Part shown: positions 49,003 through 59,418 of the stretch, in pieces
How positions within the stretch are numbered: position 1 is the first letter of the stretch
How the letters are laid out: the number at the start of each line of letters is the position of its first letter
NCBI GenBank assembly: GCA_963805975.1
Contig: CAWDVR010000004.1
Span: forward strand, 128,001 to 192,000
Origin: an uncultured Acidobacteriota bacterium
Lineage (GTDB): Bacteria; Acidobacteriota; Thermoanaerobaculia; Multivoradales; SZUA-115
DNA: 64,000 bases
Reading direction: 5' to 3'
Notes under the pieces: generated by a model
Told to the model about the DNA's origin: nothing
Databases searched by the model: none
What the model saw: only the letters and a program-made list of their open reading frames with translations
Program-made: the position numbers and the translations under genes

Positions 49003-49506
49003 TCACGCACGGGGAGGCGCGGCGCGCAGCGTGTCCATGCGCAAACGGTGGGCGCAGCACACGGCGATGGCGAGCGCGTCGGTGGCGTCGCTCGCCAGGG
49101 GGTCGGCCGGCAGGCGGAGCAGCAGGCGCACCATCTTCGCCACCTGGTCCTTCTCGGCGCGGCCGTTGCCGGTGACCGCCAGCTTCACCTCGGCGGGCGA
49201 GAACTCGCGGATCTCGGCGCCCGAGAGCGCCACCGTGGCGAGCAGGGCGCCGCGCGCCTCGGCGAGGACGATCAGCGAGCGCGAGTTGATGCCGCGGTAG
49301 GGGGTCTCGATGGCCACCAGGTCCGGCTGCCAGCGCTCGAGGAGATCTTTCGTCTCGACCACGAGCCGCGCCAGCCGGGCGGGAAGAGGGCTGCTCTTGA
49401 GGCTCGTCACGCGGCCCACGGCCAGGCTCTCGATGCGGGAGCCCGCGGCCTGGACGATGCCGAAGCCGGTGTGGATGCTGCCAGGATCGAGGCCCAGGAT
49501 GCGCAC
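49003..49506 (-). CDS. ruvC: Holliday junction resolvase RuvC
   Basis: GTG start; RILGLDPGS..TGFG, AIE, LAEARG, EVKLAVTGNGRAEKDQV, DATDALAIA. Confidence 0.96.
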   Translation of the reverse strand: MRILGLDPGSIHTGFGIVQAAGSRIESLAVGRVTSLKSSPLPARLARLVVETKDLLERWQPDLVAIETPYRGINSRSLIVLAEARGALLATVALSGAEIREFSPAEVKLAVTGNGRAEKDQVAKMVRLLLRLPADPLASDATDALAIAVCCAHRLRMDTLRAAPPRA

Positions 49507-49751
49507 GGGAGGTTTCGTCGCGGCCGCACGTGGCCGAGGAATGGCGCGGCGGTACGGACACCCCATTCTAGGCGCGGGCCGGGCTCCGACCCAAGAAACG
49601 AACCTCGCGGCGGCCTGGCCGAAGCACGCTAAGTGCAACTAAGCGCTGGATTTCTCGTTCCTGAGGTCGATTGACCTCGGGGGGCTCGGAGTGCTAAAAA
49701 GGGCGTCTTGCTAGTGGTCCCCGGGAGTTAGAGTTGCCGGAGTCGAGCGCC

Positions 49752-52700
49752 ATGCCGCAGATCTACGTCGTCGAGCCCGAGAGTCGCCATGTCGAGCGCA
49801 TCCGCGATGCGCTGGCCACGGAAGCCGGTTGGTCGGTGGTGGCCTTCGATCGCGCGGAGCGCGCGCTGCAGGCTGCGGCCGGCTCGGCGCCGGACCTGGT
49901 GCTGGTCAACGTGGAAGTGGAAGGCGCGGAAACTCTGCTCGCGACCTTCGCCAAGAGCCGCGGGGGCCGCGGCGTGCTGGCGCTCCTGCCCGAGCGTCGG
50001 GGCGCCGAGGCCGAGGCGTTCCGCGGCAGGGCGGACGACGTCCTCGTCAAGCCGTTCGCCGAGCAGGAGCTGCGGCTGGCGGCGAGGCGGGTGCTCACCG
50101 GCGCCAACGCGGAGGCGCTCGATTCGACCGGTCACAAGCTCACCTCGGCCGAAATATTCGGTGATCTCCTGGCCGAGTTCCAGGAAGCGCCGCAGGCGCG
50201 CCCGCGGCCGGCCGGCGCCTCGGACGAGGAGGTCCACCGCAAGCTCGAACAGACTCTCTCCGGCGTGCTGGGTCCGGCGCGCAAGGCCTCGCCTGCGCCG
50301 CCGGCAGCAGCTCCGGCCGCCGTTCCACCTTCGGCTCCACCCAGGAAGTCGAAGGCGGACCTGGACATGGACTCCCTGCTCTCCAGGCTCGACCTCGATC
50401 TCGGCCGCGCGCGCCCGGCGCCCAGGCCGGCCGCAACCACTGCGAGCCCGGCGACCTCGAGCCCGCCAGCTCCGGCGCCGAAGCCGATCGTCCCGAGCGC
50501 CGCTCCGGCGCAGAGCCCTCCATCGTCCGTGCTCGCGGTTCCGGTGTCGCCCCCGGCGGTGCTCGAGCCCTTGCCCGCACCGCTCGCCGAGCTCGAAGAG
50601 CCGCCACCCGTAGCGGCGGCAGCCGAGCCACCGGCTCTGCCCAAGGTCACGCCGCGCCCGGCACCGCCTCAGCCGCCGGTGTCGATCCGAGTGGCTCCGG
50701 AAGGTGCCACCACGCAGCGCATCCCGGTCATGGACCTGCCGGCGGCGGGCGCCGAAGGCCGCGAGTTCGGCCAGTACGCGCTGCTCGAGAAGATTGCCAT
50801 CGGCGGCATGGCCGAGGTCTGGAAGGCGCGCATGAAGGGCGTCGAAGGCTTCCAGAAGACGGTGGCGATCAAGAAGATCCTGCCCCATCTCACCGACAAC
50901 TCCGCCTTCGTCAGCATGTTCATCGACGAGGCCAAGCTCGCCGCGCAGCTCGCTCACCCCAACATCACCCATATCTACGACCTGGGCAAGATCGGCAACG
51001 ACTACTACATCGCCATGGAGTTCGTGGAGGGCCGTAACCTGCGCGCCCTGCTCAACGCGACGCGGCGGCAGGGGGTGCGCTTTCCGCTGGGCCTGGCGCT
51101 CCTGATCGGCGCCCGCCTGGCGAGCGCTCTCGACTACGCCCACCGCAAGAAGGGCTTCGACGGCCACGAGCTGGGCCTGGTGCACCGCGACGTCTCGCCC
51201 CAGAACGTGCTGATCAGCAACGAGGGCGACATCAAGCTCTGCGACTTCGGCATCGTCAAGGCGGTGGCGAAGGCGAGCCACACGCAGATGGGCGCGCTCA
51301 AGGGCAAGCTCCAGTACATGTCGCCGGAGCAGGCCTGGGGTCGGCAGGTGGACGGCCGCTCCGACCTCTTCTCGCTCGGCGCCATCCTGTTCGAGATGCT
51401 CACCGGCCGCCGCCTGTTCCCGGGCGAGAACGAGATCTCGGTGCTCGAGGCGGTGCGCGAGTGTCGCATCGAGTCGCCCAAGAGCCTCGTGCCCTCGACC
51501 CCGGACGAGGTGGACGCGCTGGTGAGGAAGGCGCTGTCCCGGGAGCCGGCCGATCGCTTCCAGACGGCCGGCACCATGCAGCAAGCGCTGGAGCAGGTGC
51601 TCCACGACCTGAAGCCTACCCAGGCCGATCTCGCGGCCTTCGTGCAAAAGCTGGCGAGCGGGCCCGGCCTGCCGGATGCGGACAGTGTCTCCGGCCTCGG
51701 CAGCGTCCCCCGTCTCGAGGACAAGGCGCCGTGGGCCGCGCCCGAAGCGGTGCGCCCGCTCGCCGCGCCTCCGGCGCCAGCCATGGCGATCGAGCCGGCG
51801 CGCCCCAAGCCGAGCGGCTCCGCGCCCCGGCCGATGCCACGGCCCGAGCCGGCGGCTCCCGCACGGGTGACGCAACATCACGTCCCTCCCCCCAAGGCGG
51901 AGGTGCTGGCGGTCGCGCCGCCGGCGGGCTCCGAGGTCGAGATCGAGGAGGGCGGCAGCCGCGGCCGGACGGGGCTGATCGCCGCCATCGCGGCCACGCT
52001 GCTCCTGGGCGCCCTGGGTGCCTGGGTGTTCCTGGGCCGCGGCAAGACCACCGAGCCGGCACCGGCGGCGACAGCGGACGAGAGCGGCCAGCCCACGGCC
52101 GGGGCCCACGCCCCGGGACAGGAGCCCGCGGGAGCCGGTGCAGAGACCGCCGAGGCGGCCGCCGCACCGGCCGCGAGTGAAGCTCTGCCGCCCGCCAATC
52201 TCGACGTCGCCCAGCTCGTCGACCGCGAGCTCGCCAAGCGCGAGCAGGATCTGCGCCGCAAGCTCGAGGCCGACCAGGAAAAGCTCGAGCAGCGACTGGC
52301 GGATGTCAAGGCCGGCGAGGACCAGCGGAAGGCGACCGAGGCACAGAAGGAACCGGCGAGCCCCCCGGCGAGCGCACCACCGGCCGCGGCGCCGCCCGCC
52401 GAGCCGGAGCCCAGCTCCGCCGAGCCCGAGGCAGTGCCCGAGGCGCGGACCGAGCCGGAGCGCGTGGCGCAGGCCGCACCGCCGCCGCCCGCCGCCGTCC
52501 CCGAGACACCGCAAGTCGAGCGCGGTCAGTTGGTCAAGATGGGACCGGGAGTGGTGCCGCCGTCGCTTGTCTCGTTCGTCAAACCGGAGTATCCTGCCGT
52601 CGCGCGCCGCCTGCGGATCGAAGGAGTCGTCGAGGCGGAGTTGCTGGTCGACGAGAATGGAGCGGTTCGCGAGGCACGCCTCAGCCAGCCGCTCCGGCAG

Positions 52701-52820
52701 GATGTGGGCATCAACGAGGCAGCCTTGACAGCGGCTCGTGGTGCCAAGTTCCGACCGGCGACGAAGGACGGCGTGCCGGTGAAGATTTGGACCAAGATCA
52801 AGATTCCCTTCAAACTTTGA
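49752..52820 (+). CDS. Pseudo-receiver + Hanks Ser/Thr kinase + TM + TonB C-terminal domain fusion
   Basis: REC-like N-terminus (DLVLVN...DDVLVKPF). Kinase motifs GGMAEV, VAIKK, HRDVSPQN, DFG, YMSPEQ. One TM helix, then PEYPAVARRLRIEGVV...FRPATKDGVPVKIW..IPFKL. Confidence 0.9.
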   Translation: MPQIYVVEPESRHVERIRDALATEAGWSVVAFDRAERALQAAAGSAPDLVLVNVEVEGAETLLATFAKSRGGRGVLALLPERRGAEAEAFRGRADDVLVKPFAEQELRLAARRVLTGANAEALDSTGHKLTSAEIFGDLLAEFQEAPQARPRPAGASDEEVHRKLEQTLSGVLGPARKASPAPPAAAPAAVPPSAPPRKSKADLDMDSLLSRLDLDLGRARPAPRPAATTASPATSSPPAPAPKPIVPSAAPAQSPPSSVLAVPVSPPAVLEPLPAPLAELEEPPPVAAAAEPPALPKVTPRPAPPQPPVSIRVAPEGATTQRIPVMDLPAAGAEGREFGQYALLEKIAIGGMAEVWKARMKGVEGFQKTVAIKKILPHLTDNSAFVSMFIDEAKLAAQLAHPNITHIYDLGKIGNDYYIAMEFVEGRNLRALLNATRRQGVRFPLGLALLIGARLASALDYAHRKKGFDGHELGLVHRDVSPQNVLISNEGDIKLCDFGIVKAVAKASHTQMGALKGKLQYMSPEQAWGRQVDGRSDLFSLGAILFEMLTGRRLFPGENEISVLEAVRECRIESPKSLVPSTPDEVDALVRKALSREPADRFQTAGTMQQALEQVLHDLKPTQADLAAFVQKLASGPGLPDADSVSGLGSVPRLEDKAPWAAPEAVRPLAAPPAPAMAIEPARPKPSGSAPRPMPRPEPAAPARVTQHHVPPPKAEVLAVAPPAGSEVEIEEGGSRGRTGLIAAIAATLLLGALGAWVFLGRGKTTEPAPAATADESGQPTAGAHAPGQEPAGAGAETAEAAAAPAASEALPPANLDVAQLVDRELAKREQDLRRKLEADQEKLEQRLADVKAGEDQRKATEAQKEPASPPASAPPAAAPPAEPEPSSAEPEAVPEARTEPERVAQAAPPPPAAVPETPQVERGQLVKMGPGVVPPSLVSFVKPEYPAVARRLRIEGVVEAELLVDENGAVREARLSQPLRQDVGINEAALTAARGAKFRPATKDGVPVKIWTKIKIPFKL

Positions 52821-52869
52821 GAAGGGCTCGTCGCCGGGATAGGCGCTTACGGCTACGGTGGAGGAGGGC

Positions 52870-53103
52870 ATGAGCCTAAACGAGCAGCAGCGGAAGTTCT
52901 ACGAGAACATCCTGTCGGTCACCAAGACCGAGATCGAAGACCTCGACCGGCAGATCGAAGAGGAGCTCTCCAAGGTCAAGGACACTCTCGCCGATCTGCA
53001 GAACGCCAAGAAGGCCTCCCGGCAGACCTACGATGCCGCCTGCATGCGGCTCGGCATCCCCAACGACCTGGAAGAGGCGGAAGACTCCTCCGCCGGAGCC
53101 TGA
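52870..53103 (+). CDS. Small acidic coiled-coil protein (77 aa)
   Basis: Strong RBS GGAGGAGG; heptad pattern [27 protein letters not shown]. Confidence 0.75.
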   Translation: MSLNEQQRKFYENILSVTKTEIEDLDRQIEEELSKVKDTLADLQNAKKASRQTYDAACMRLGIPNDLEEAEDSSAGA

Positions 53104-53186
53104 CGCGCGCCCGCCGCGCGAATCTCCAAAGCCCTGGTTTCCACTTGGACGCTCGCCTGACGAGCGGCTCGCGTGGGACTCCCCTT

Positions 53187-54032
53187 ATGGCTTGGTTCCG
53201 GAAGCCCAAGAAGCCCAAGCTGGTCGGTGGCGACCGGCCTCGCAGCACGGTCCCCGAGGGGCTGTGGGTCAAGTGCGAGGGCTGCCGCGAGGTCATCTAC
53301 GGCAAAGAGCTCGACAAGAACCTCAAGATCTGCCCCAAGTGCGGCTACCACTTCCGCATCGACGCCTGGGAGCGGATCGCCCTGCTGGTCGACGAAGACT
53401 CCGCGGTGGAGCTGTTCCGCGACATCGCCCCGGCGGACCCACTGCAGTTCAAAGACACCAAGCGCTACCGCGACCGCCTGAAGTCCTATCAGCAGTCGGT
53501 GGGCGCCAAGGACGCGCTGGTGGTGGTCGAGGGCTTTCTCGAGGGGGTCCCGGTCATCCTGGCCGCCATGGACTACCCGTTCATGGGCGGTTCGATGGGC
53601 TCGGTGGTGGGCGAGAAGATCACCCGCGCCGCCGAGACCGCCACCGCACGCCGCCGCGCCCTGATCGTGGTCTCGGCCTCGGGCGGCGCGCGCATGCAGG
53701 AGGGCATCCTGTCGCTCATGCAGATGGCGAAGATCTCGGCCGCCCTCTCCCGCCTGCGCGACGCTCGCCTGCCCTACCTCTCGGTGCTGACCGATCCCAC
53801 CACCGGCGGCGTCACGGCGTCCTTCGCCATGCTGGGCGACCTCAATGTCGCCGAGCCGGGCGCGCTGATCGGCTTCGCCGGGCCGCGGGTCATCGAGCAG
53901 ACCATCCGCCAGAGCCTGCCCGAGGGCTTCCAGAGAAGCGAGTTCCTGCTCGAGCACGGCTTCCTCGACCTGGTAGTGCCCCGCCCGGAGCTCAAGGGAA
54001 CGCTAGCCCGCTGCCTGCGGCACTTCGTCTGA
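53187..54032 (+). CDS. accD: Acetyl-CoA carboxylase carboxyltransferase beta subunit
   Basis: PEGLWVKC..C...[41 protein letters not shown]. Confidence 0.97.
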   Translation: MAWFRKPKKPKLVGGDRPRSTVPEGLWVKCEGCREVIYGKELDKNLKICPKCGYHFRIDAWERIALLVDEDSAVELFRDIAPADPLQFKDTKRYRDRLKSYQQSVGAKDALVVVEGFLEGVPVILAAMDYPFMGGSMGSVVGEKITRAAETATARRRALIVVSASGGARMQEGILSLMQMAKISAALSRLRDARLPYLSVLTDPTTGGVTASFAMLGDLNVAEPGALIGFAGPRVIEQTIRQSLPEGFQRSEFLLEHGFLDLVVPRPELKGTLARCLRHFV

Positions 54033-54034
54033 CC

Positions 54035-55365
54035 GTGCCTTCACAGAGCGCCGCCGAGGTCCTCGATCGCCTCGAGCTCCACGGCATCAGGCTCGGCCTC
54101 GACTCGACGCGCCAGCTTCTCGCCGCCCTGGGCCATCCCGAGCGCGCCTGCCCGGCGGTGCTCGTCGCCGGCACCAACGGCAAGGGCTCGACCTCGGCCC
54201 TCCTCGCCTCGATCCTCCAGGCGTCCGGCTACCGCACGGGGCTCTACACCTCACCCCATCTCGAGGAGGTCGAGGAACGGCTGCGCATCGACGGTGCGGC
54301 GATCGACGGCGCGGGCCTCGGAGAGCTGCTCCGTGAGGTGGTGGCGACCAGCGAGGCGGTGGCCGGTGGTCCACCCACCTACTTCGAGGCACTGACCGTG
54401 GCGGCGTTCCTGTTCTTCGCGCGACAGCGGGTGGACCTGGCGGTGCTCGAGGTCGGCATGGGCGGCCGGCTGGACGCGACCAACGTCGCCGAGCCGATGC
54501 TCTCCGTGATCACGCCGATCGGCCTCGATCACACCGCCTTCCTGGGCTCGACGCTCGCCGCCATCGCGCGCGAGAAGGCGGGCATCCTGCGGCCGGACCG
54601 GCCGGCGGTGGTGTGGCCGGGTGCGGAGGAGGCGGAGGGAGCCCTGCGCTCGGCAGCAGCGGAGATCGGGGCGCGGCTGCTGCCGGCGCCGGAGCTGGCG
54701 CGGATCGCAGGGCGCGAGGCGATCGCAGGCGGGCGGCAGCACGTGGTCGTCGAAACCGCGAGCCATCGCCACGACCTGGTCACCGCCCTGGCGGGTTCTC
54801 ACCAGGCGGTCAACCTCGCCCTGGCGGTGTTGGCCGCCGAAGTTCTCGTGGAACAGGGCTGGGAACGGATCACCCCAGACCTCGATCCACGACGGCGTGG
54901 CACGTTGCCGGTGGCCCGGGCGGCTCGAGCGCATCGAGCTGCCGGGGAGCGGTGCCGTGCTCCTGGATGCGGCGCACAACCCGGCCGGTGCCGAGGCGCT
55001 GGCGGTCCACCTCGCGGAGACCGGCGAGGAGCTCACTCTGCTGTTCGGCACCTTTGCCGACAAGGACGCCGAAACCATGCTGCCCGTGCTGGCCTCTACC
55101 GCACGCCGGGTCATCCTGACGCGTCCTCCCGGCCCGCGCGGCCGCGACCCGCGGGAGCTCCTGCAGCTCCTGCCCGCGAGGCGTCCCCGCTCTCGTCGAG
55201 CCCGACCCGGTGCTGGCGCTCGAACACGGCCTCGAGGGCCCGGGGCTCCTGGTCGCCACCGGGTCTCTCTACCTGGTGGGCGAGCTCAGGCGCCGCTTGC
55301 GCGAGCGCTTCGGCGTGCCGGGAGCGGCGGTCGAGCCGCTGTTCGCATCCGATCTTCCTGGCTAA
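54035..55365 (+). CDS. folC: Folylpolyglutamate synthase/dihydrofolate synthase; two +1 frameshifts (about 54880 and 55178)
   Basis: First frame: VAGTNGKGST, YTSPHL, EVGMGGRLDATN. Second frame: WPGRLE, LLDAAHNP. Third frame: VATGSLYLVGE...*. Confidence 0.92.
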
Positions 55366-55388
55366 GATCTGCCGCGAGGGGACCTTTC

Positions 55389-56060
55389 ATGACCCGAGCC
55401 GAGAAATCGCAGCGCATCCTCGAGATCTTGGACGAGCTGTATCCGATCGTCCCCATCCCGCTCGACCACGTCGATCCCTACACTCTCCTCGTCGCCGTCG
55501 TGCTCTCGGCGCAGACCACCGACAAGAAGGTCAACCAGGTGACGCCGGCGCTCTTCGCCCGCGCCTCGACGCCGGAAGCGATGGCCAAGGTTCCGGTCGA
55601 AGAGATTCACTATCTGATCCGCGAGATCGGCCTCGCCCGGCAGAAGGCGAAGAACATCCAGCGCCTGTCCGAGATCCTGGCCGGGAACGGCGGCAAGGTG
55701 CCCCAGACCTTCGAGGAGCTGGAAGCGCTGCCGGGCGTGGGGCACAAGACGGCTTCGGTGGTGATGGCCCAGGCCTTCGGCAAGGCGGCCTTCCCTGTCG
55801 ACACCCACATCCACCGCCTGGCCGAGCGCTGGGGGCTCTCCTCGGGCAAGAACGTGGAGCAGACCGAGCGCGATCTCAAGGCCGTCTTCCCAGCAGAGAG
55901 CTGGGGCAAGCTCCACCTGCAGATCATCTACTTCGGCCGCGAGCGCTGCCCGGCCCTCTACCACGCCCTCGACACCTGCCCGATCTGCTCCTGGGCGGCG
56001 ACCAAGAAGCACAAGGGGCTGGAGGCGGAGAGGTCGAAGGCGCTGCGGAAGCGCAAGTAG
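55389..56060 (+). CDS. nth: Endonuclease III
   Basis: LLVAVVLSAQTTDKKVN, HhH motif LPGVGHKTA, FPVDTHIHR. Confidence 0.94.
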   Translation: MTRAEKSQRILEILDELYPIVPIPLDHVDPYTLLVAVVLSAQTTDKKVNQVTPALFARASTPEAMAKVPVEEIHYLIREIGLARQKAKNIQRLSEILAGNGGKVPQTFEELEALPGVGHKTASVVMAQAFGKAAFPVDTHIHRLAERWGLSSGKNVEQTERDLKAVFPAESWGKLHLQIIYFGRERCPALYHALDTCPICSWAATKKHKGLEAERSKALRKRK

Positions 56061-56075
56061 GCGGCGGGGCCGGAG

Positions 56076-56588
56076 CTACTTCCACATCCGCGGGTCGAAG
56101 CTGAAGGCTTCCGGCTCTCCGATCTCGATCATCCCGAAGTCCGGGTGGGCCGGGTTGAGGAGGACGTTCTCCTCCCGTGGTACGACGGCCGAGGGCACGA
56201 CGAGAGCCGCGGCTCCGCCCGTTCGCACCCACTCGGCCCCCAGCTCGCGGAGCCGTTCGGGCGCGGGGTAGGAGCGCCAGTCAAGGGGCAGGTCGCCGGC
56301 TTCCAGGCGGGCGATCCCGAGGGCCGGTGGCAGGCGAGCGGTGATCGACACCAGATCCTCCGGCGCATCACCGGGGTCGAGATGAACGAAGAGCTCGAGC
56401 ACGGCGAGCGAGAGATGAGTGGCGGTGTAGACGATGGCCACGCCCGGGGGGTTGAAACGGCCGCCGAAACGGCGGGCGCCCTCGCCGTCGAAAGCGTGAG
56501 CGGCGTGCTGCGCCTTGACCAGCCGGAAGACCGTCGTTCCGCCGTTCGGGGCCGAGGGATGTGCTGCTCGCTTGCCTTCCGATCTCAA
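56076..56588 (-). CDS. RES-domain toxin (MbcT/ParT-like)
   Basis: FRL, FDGEGARRFGGRFN, YTA..LSLAVLE, VPSAVVP.E.N.LLNP.HPDF. The TTG start overlaps the antitoxin stop. Confidence 0.9.
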   Translation of the reverse strand: MRSEGKRAAHPSAPNGGTTVFRLVKAQHAAHAFDGEGARRFGGRFNPPGVAIVYTATHLSLAVLELFVHLDPGDAPEDLVSITARLPPALGIARLEAGDLPLDWRSYPAPERLRELGAEWVRTGGAAALVVPSAVVPREENVLLNPAHPDFGMIEIGEPEAFSFDPRMWK

Positions 56589-57058
56589 CTGAAGACGCCG
56601 TGCTCGATGCGGCCCAGGAGGTTCTCGACCTCGCGGCTGCCGGCGTCGGTGTCCAGCAGGCCGAGCGGCGTCTCGGCGCCCAGGGCGCGGTTGGGCGCCT
56701 TCAGCCAACGGGCGGCCTTCTCCTCGCTACCCAAGGTGTCCGTAGCGAGGGCTGCGATGCGGGCCAGCCGGGCCAGCCGGTCGGACTCGGCCGGTGGCAG
56801 GCGCTTCTCGTTCTTGCGGCGCGCCAGGGTGCGAAGGGGGATATCGAGCGCCCGGGAGAGGTCTTCGCGTTCGAGGTCGAAGAGCTCCATCAGCGCTTCG
56901 AGAAGCGCGTACTCGAGCCCTTGCCGCACCTGGGCCCGCACCTCGAAAGGCCCGAGCTTCGCCCAGGCGGAGATCTCGGAGCGGACCAACGACAGGCCGC
57001 GCTGGCCAGCCTTAGAGGCCAGGGGAGGAACGACGAGGCTTCGTGCCGGTAGTGCCAT
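56585..57058 (-). CDS. Xre/MbcA/ParS-type antitoxin
   Basis: IPLRTLARRK...L...ESDRLARLARI...A.RWL..PNRALG.ETPL.LLDT..G..EV..LLGRIEHG. Confidence 0.92.
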   Translation of the reverse strand: MALPARSLVVPPLASKAGQRGLSLVRSEISAWAKLGPFEVRAQVRQGLEYALLEALMELFDLEREDLSRALDIPLRTLARRKNEKRLPPAESDRLARLARIAALATDTLGSEEKAARWLKAPNRALGAETPLGLLDTDAGSREVENLLGRIEHGVFS

Positions 57059-57095
57059 TTGGCGTAAGTATTGTGCCTTGTGGCCAATTTGTCAA
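57054..57095 (-). promoter_or_regulatory. sigma70 promoter with two palindromic operator-like sites for the Xre-RES operon
   Basis: TTGACA-17 bp-AATACT-8 nt-ATG. GCCACAAGGC and GCCAAATGGC lie 21 bp apart. Confidence 0.7.
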
Positions 57096-58099
57096 GCGGG
57101 TGGCGAGGAGCTTTGCACCAGACGGTGGAAGGTCTCGGGGTCGATGTTGGTGCCGCAGACGATCAGGCCGACGCGGCGGCCGGAAAGCTCTTCCCGCAGG
57201 GGACCGAGGAGCGCGGCGGTGGCGGCGGCGCCGGCGGGCTCGACGGCGAGCTTCATCTCCCGCATCAGGAGCGCCATGGCGCGGCAGAGGGCCTCGTCCT
57301 CCACCTGCACCAGGCGGTCGAGCATGCGCCGGCAGAGGTCGAAGCTGTAGGGCGCGGCGTGCGGCGCGCCGAGGCTGTCGGCGATGGACGAGAGCTTCTC
57401 CATCTTCACCGGCCGGCCGGCCTCGAAGCTCCTCGCCATCACCGCGGAGCCCACCGGCTCGACGCCGAACACCCGCGCTCCCGGCTCCATCGCCTTGACC
57501 GCCGTCGCCACCCCGGCCGCCAGGCCCCCGCCGCCGATCGGCACGATCACCGCGTCGAGCCCCGGCACCTGCTGGCAGAGCTCGTAGCCCACGGTCGCGG
57601 TGCCGAGAGCCGTGCGCGGGCCGTCGAAGGGATGGATGAAGGCGCGGCCCTCCTCGGCCTCGATGCGATGCACCTCGGTGAAGGCCTCGTGCATGTCCTC
57701 GGCCAGCACCACCTCGGCACCGTAGGCGCGGCTGCCGGCAACCCGCGCCGGGTTGGCCGTCTTCGGCATCACCACCTTGGCCGAGGTGCCGAGCGTGCGG
57801 GCGCCGTAAGCCACGGCCACGGCATGATTGCCGGCCGAGACCGCGGTCACGCCGCGGCCGAGCGCCGCGGCGTCGAGCGCCAGCATGTTGAGCAGCGCGC
57901 CGCGCGACTTGAAGCTGCCGGCGTACTGGAAGAGCTCGAGCTTCAGGTAGACCTCGGTCCCGGGCCCCACGGCCGCGTCGATCTCGAGGCCACGCCAGCG
58001 CCATACCGGCGTCTCGCGCACGCGCTCGCCGAGCGAGGCGCGCGCGGCGGCGATCTCGTCGAGAGTCGGCGGGGCGGGCGGGGCCAAAGTTTCGATCAT
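57092..58099 (-). CDS. PLP-dependent threonine/serine dehydratase family protein
   Basis: [45 protein letters not shown]. Confidence 0.93.
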   Translation of the reverse strand: MIETLAPPAPPTLDEIAAARASLGERVRETPVWRWRGLEIDAAVGPGTEVYLKLELFQYAGSFKSRGALLNMLALDAAALGRGVTAVSAGNHAVAVAYGARTLGTSAKVVMPKTANPARVAGSRAYGAEVVLAEDMHEAFTEVHRIEAEEGRAFIHPFDGPRTALGTATVGYELCQQVPGLDAVIVPIGGGGLAAGVATAVKAMEPGARVFGVEPVGSAVMARSFEAGRPVKMEKLSSIADSLGAPHAAPYSFDLCRRMLDRLVQVEDEALCRAMALLMREMKLAVEPAGAAATAALLGPLREELSGRRVGLIVCGTNIDPETFHRLVQSSSPPA

Positions 58100-59349
58100 T
58101 CGAGCTCCGGGTAGAGAGGGAAGCCGGTGCAGAGCTCGGCCACCCGGCCGCGAACCGCGGCGAGGCTCGCCTCGTCCTCGGGCGCGCGCAGCACCTCGGC
58201 CATGAGCTCCGCCACGCGGTCCATCTCCGGCTCCTTCATGCCGCGGCTGGTGACCGCCGGCGAGCCGATACGGATGCCGGAGGCGACCAGCGGCGGGTTG
58301 GGGTCGTAGGGGATGGTGTTCTTGTTGGCGGTGATGCCGGCGCGGTCGAGCGCTTTCTCGGCGACCTTGCCGGTGAGGCCCGCCCTGGCGACGTCGAGCA
58401 GGAAGAGGTGGTTGTCGGTGCCGCCGGAGACGATGCGGAACCCCTGGCCGGCGAGCGCCCCGGCCAGCCGCGCGGCGTTGGCCACCACCTGCCGCTGGTA
58501 GGCGGCGAAATCCGGTGCCAGCGCCTCCTTCAAGGCCACCGCCTTGGCGGCGATGACGTGCATCAACGGCCCGCCCTGGATGCCGGGGAAGACGGCGCGG
58601 TCGATCTCCTTGGCGAACTCTTCCTTGCAGAGCACCATGCCGGCGCGCGGGCCGCGGAGCGTCTTGTGCGTGGTGGTGGTCACGAAGTGGCAGTGGGGCA
58701 CCGGCGAGGGATGGAGCCCCGCGGCCACCAAGCCGGCGATGTGGGCCATGTCCGCCATCAGGAGCGCGCCCACCGCGTCGGCGATGGCGCGAAAGCGGGC
58801 GAAGTCGATCACCCGGCTGTAGGCCGAGGCGCCGCAGACGATGAGGCGCGGGCGCTCCTCGCGAGCCAGGCGCTCGACCTCGTCGTAGTCGATCCGCTCG
58901 CTCTCCCGGTCGACCCCGTAGGAGACCACCACGAAGTCGCGGCCGGAATAGGAGAGCCGGTGGCCGTGCGTCAGATGGCCGCCGCTCGACAGATCCATTC
59001 CCATCAGCTTGTCGCCGGGCTTCAGCATGGCGAAGTACACCGCCATGTTGGCGCTCGTGCCGCTGTGCGGCTGCACGTTGACGTGCTCGGCCCCGAACAG
59101 CGCCTTCGCCCTCTCGATGGCCAACCGCTCGGCCACGTCGACCACCTCGCAGCCGCCGTAGTAGCGCTTGCCGGGGTAGCCCTCGGCGTACTTGTTGGTC
59201 ATCACGCAGCCGGTGGCCTCGAGCACGGCCCGGCTGACGAAGTTCTCGGAGGCGATCAGCTCGAGGCCGGAGGCCTGGCGTCGCAGCTCGTCGGCGATGG
59301 CGGCGGCGATCTCGGGATCGACCTCGGCTAAGCGGCGGTGGTCCGGCAT
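58096..59349 (-). CDS. glyA: Serine hydroxymethyltransferase
   Basis: [50 protein letters not shown]. Confidence 0.98.
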   Translation of the reverse strand: MPDHRRLAEVDPEIAAAIADELRRQASGLELIASENFVSRAVLEATGCVMTNKYAEGYPGKRYYGGCEVVDVAERLAIERAKALFGAEHVNVQPHSGTSANMAVYFAMLKPGDKLMGMDLSSGGHLTHGHRLSYSGRDFVVVSYGVDRESERIDYDEVERLAREERPRLIVCGASAYSRVIDFARFRAIADAVGALLMADMAHIAGLVAAGLHPSPVPHCHFVTTTTHKTLRGPRAGMVLCKEEFAKEIDRAVFPGIQGGPLMHVIAAKAVALKEALAPDFAAYQRQVVANAARLAGALAGQGFRIVSGGTDNHLFLLDVARAGLTGKVAEKALDRAGITANKNTIPYDPNPPLVASGIRIGSPAVTSRGMKEPEMDRVAELMAEVLRAPEDEASLAAVRGRVAELCTGFPLYPELE

Positions 59350-59418
59350 GGACAGCCTTTCGTTGGCGCGACCGTCTCCAAGTGCGCGGCACGACGGTCG
59401 GCGGGACAGCCGCCGGCT

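Noticed and set aside
49615-49632. Possible sigma54 site TGGCCGAAGCACGCT upstream of the kinase
   Set aside because: GG-to-GC spacing is 9 rather than 10, and the match to consensus is poor.
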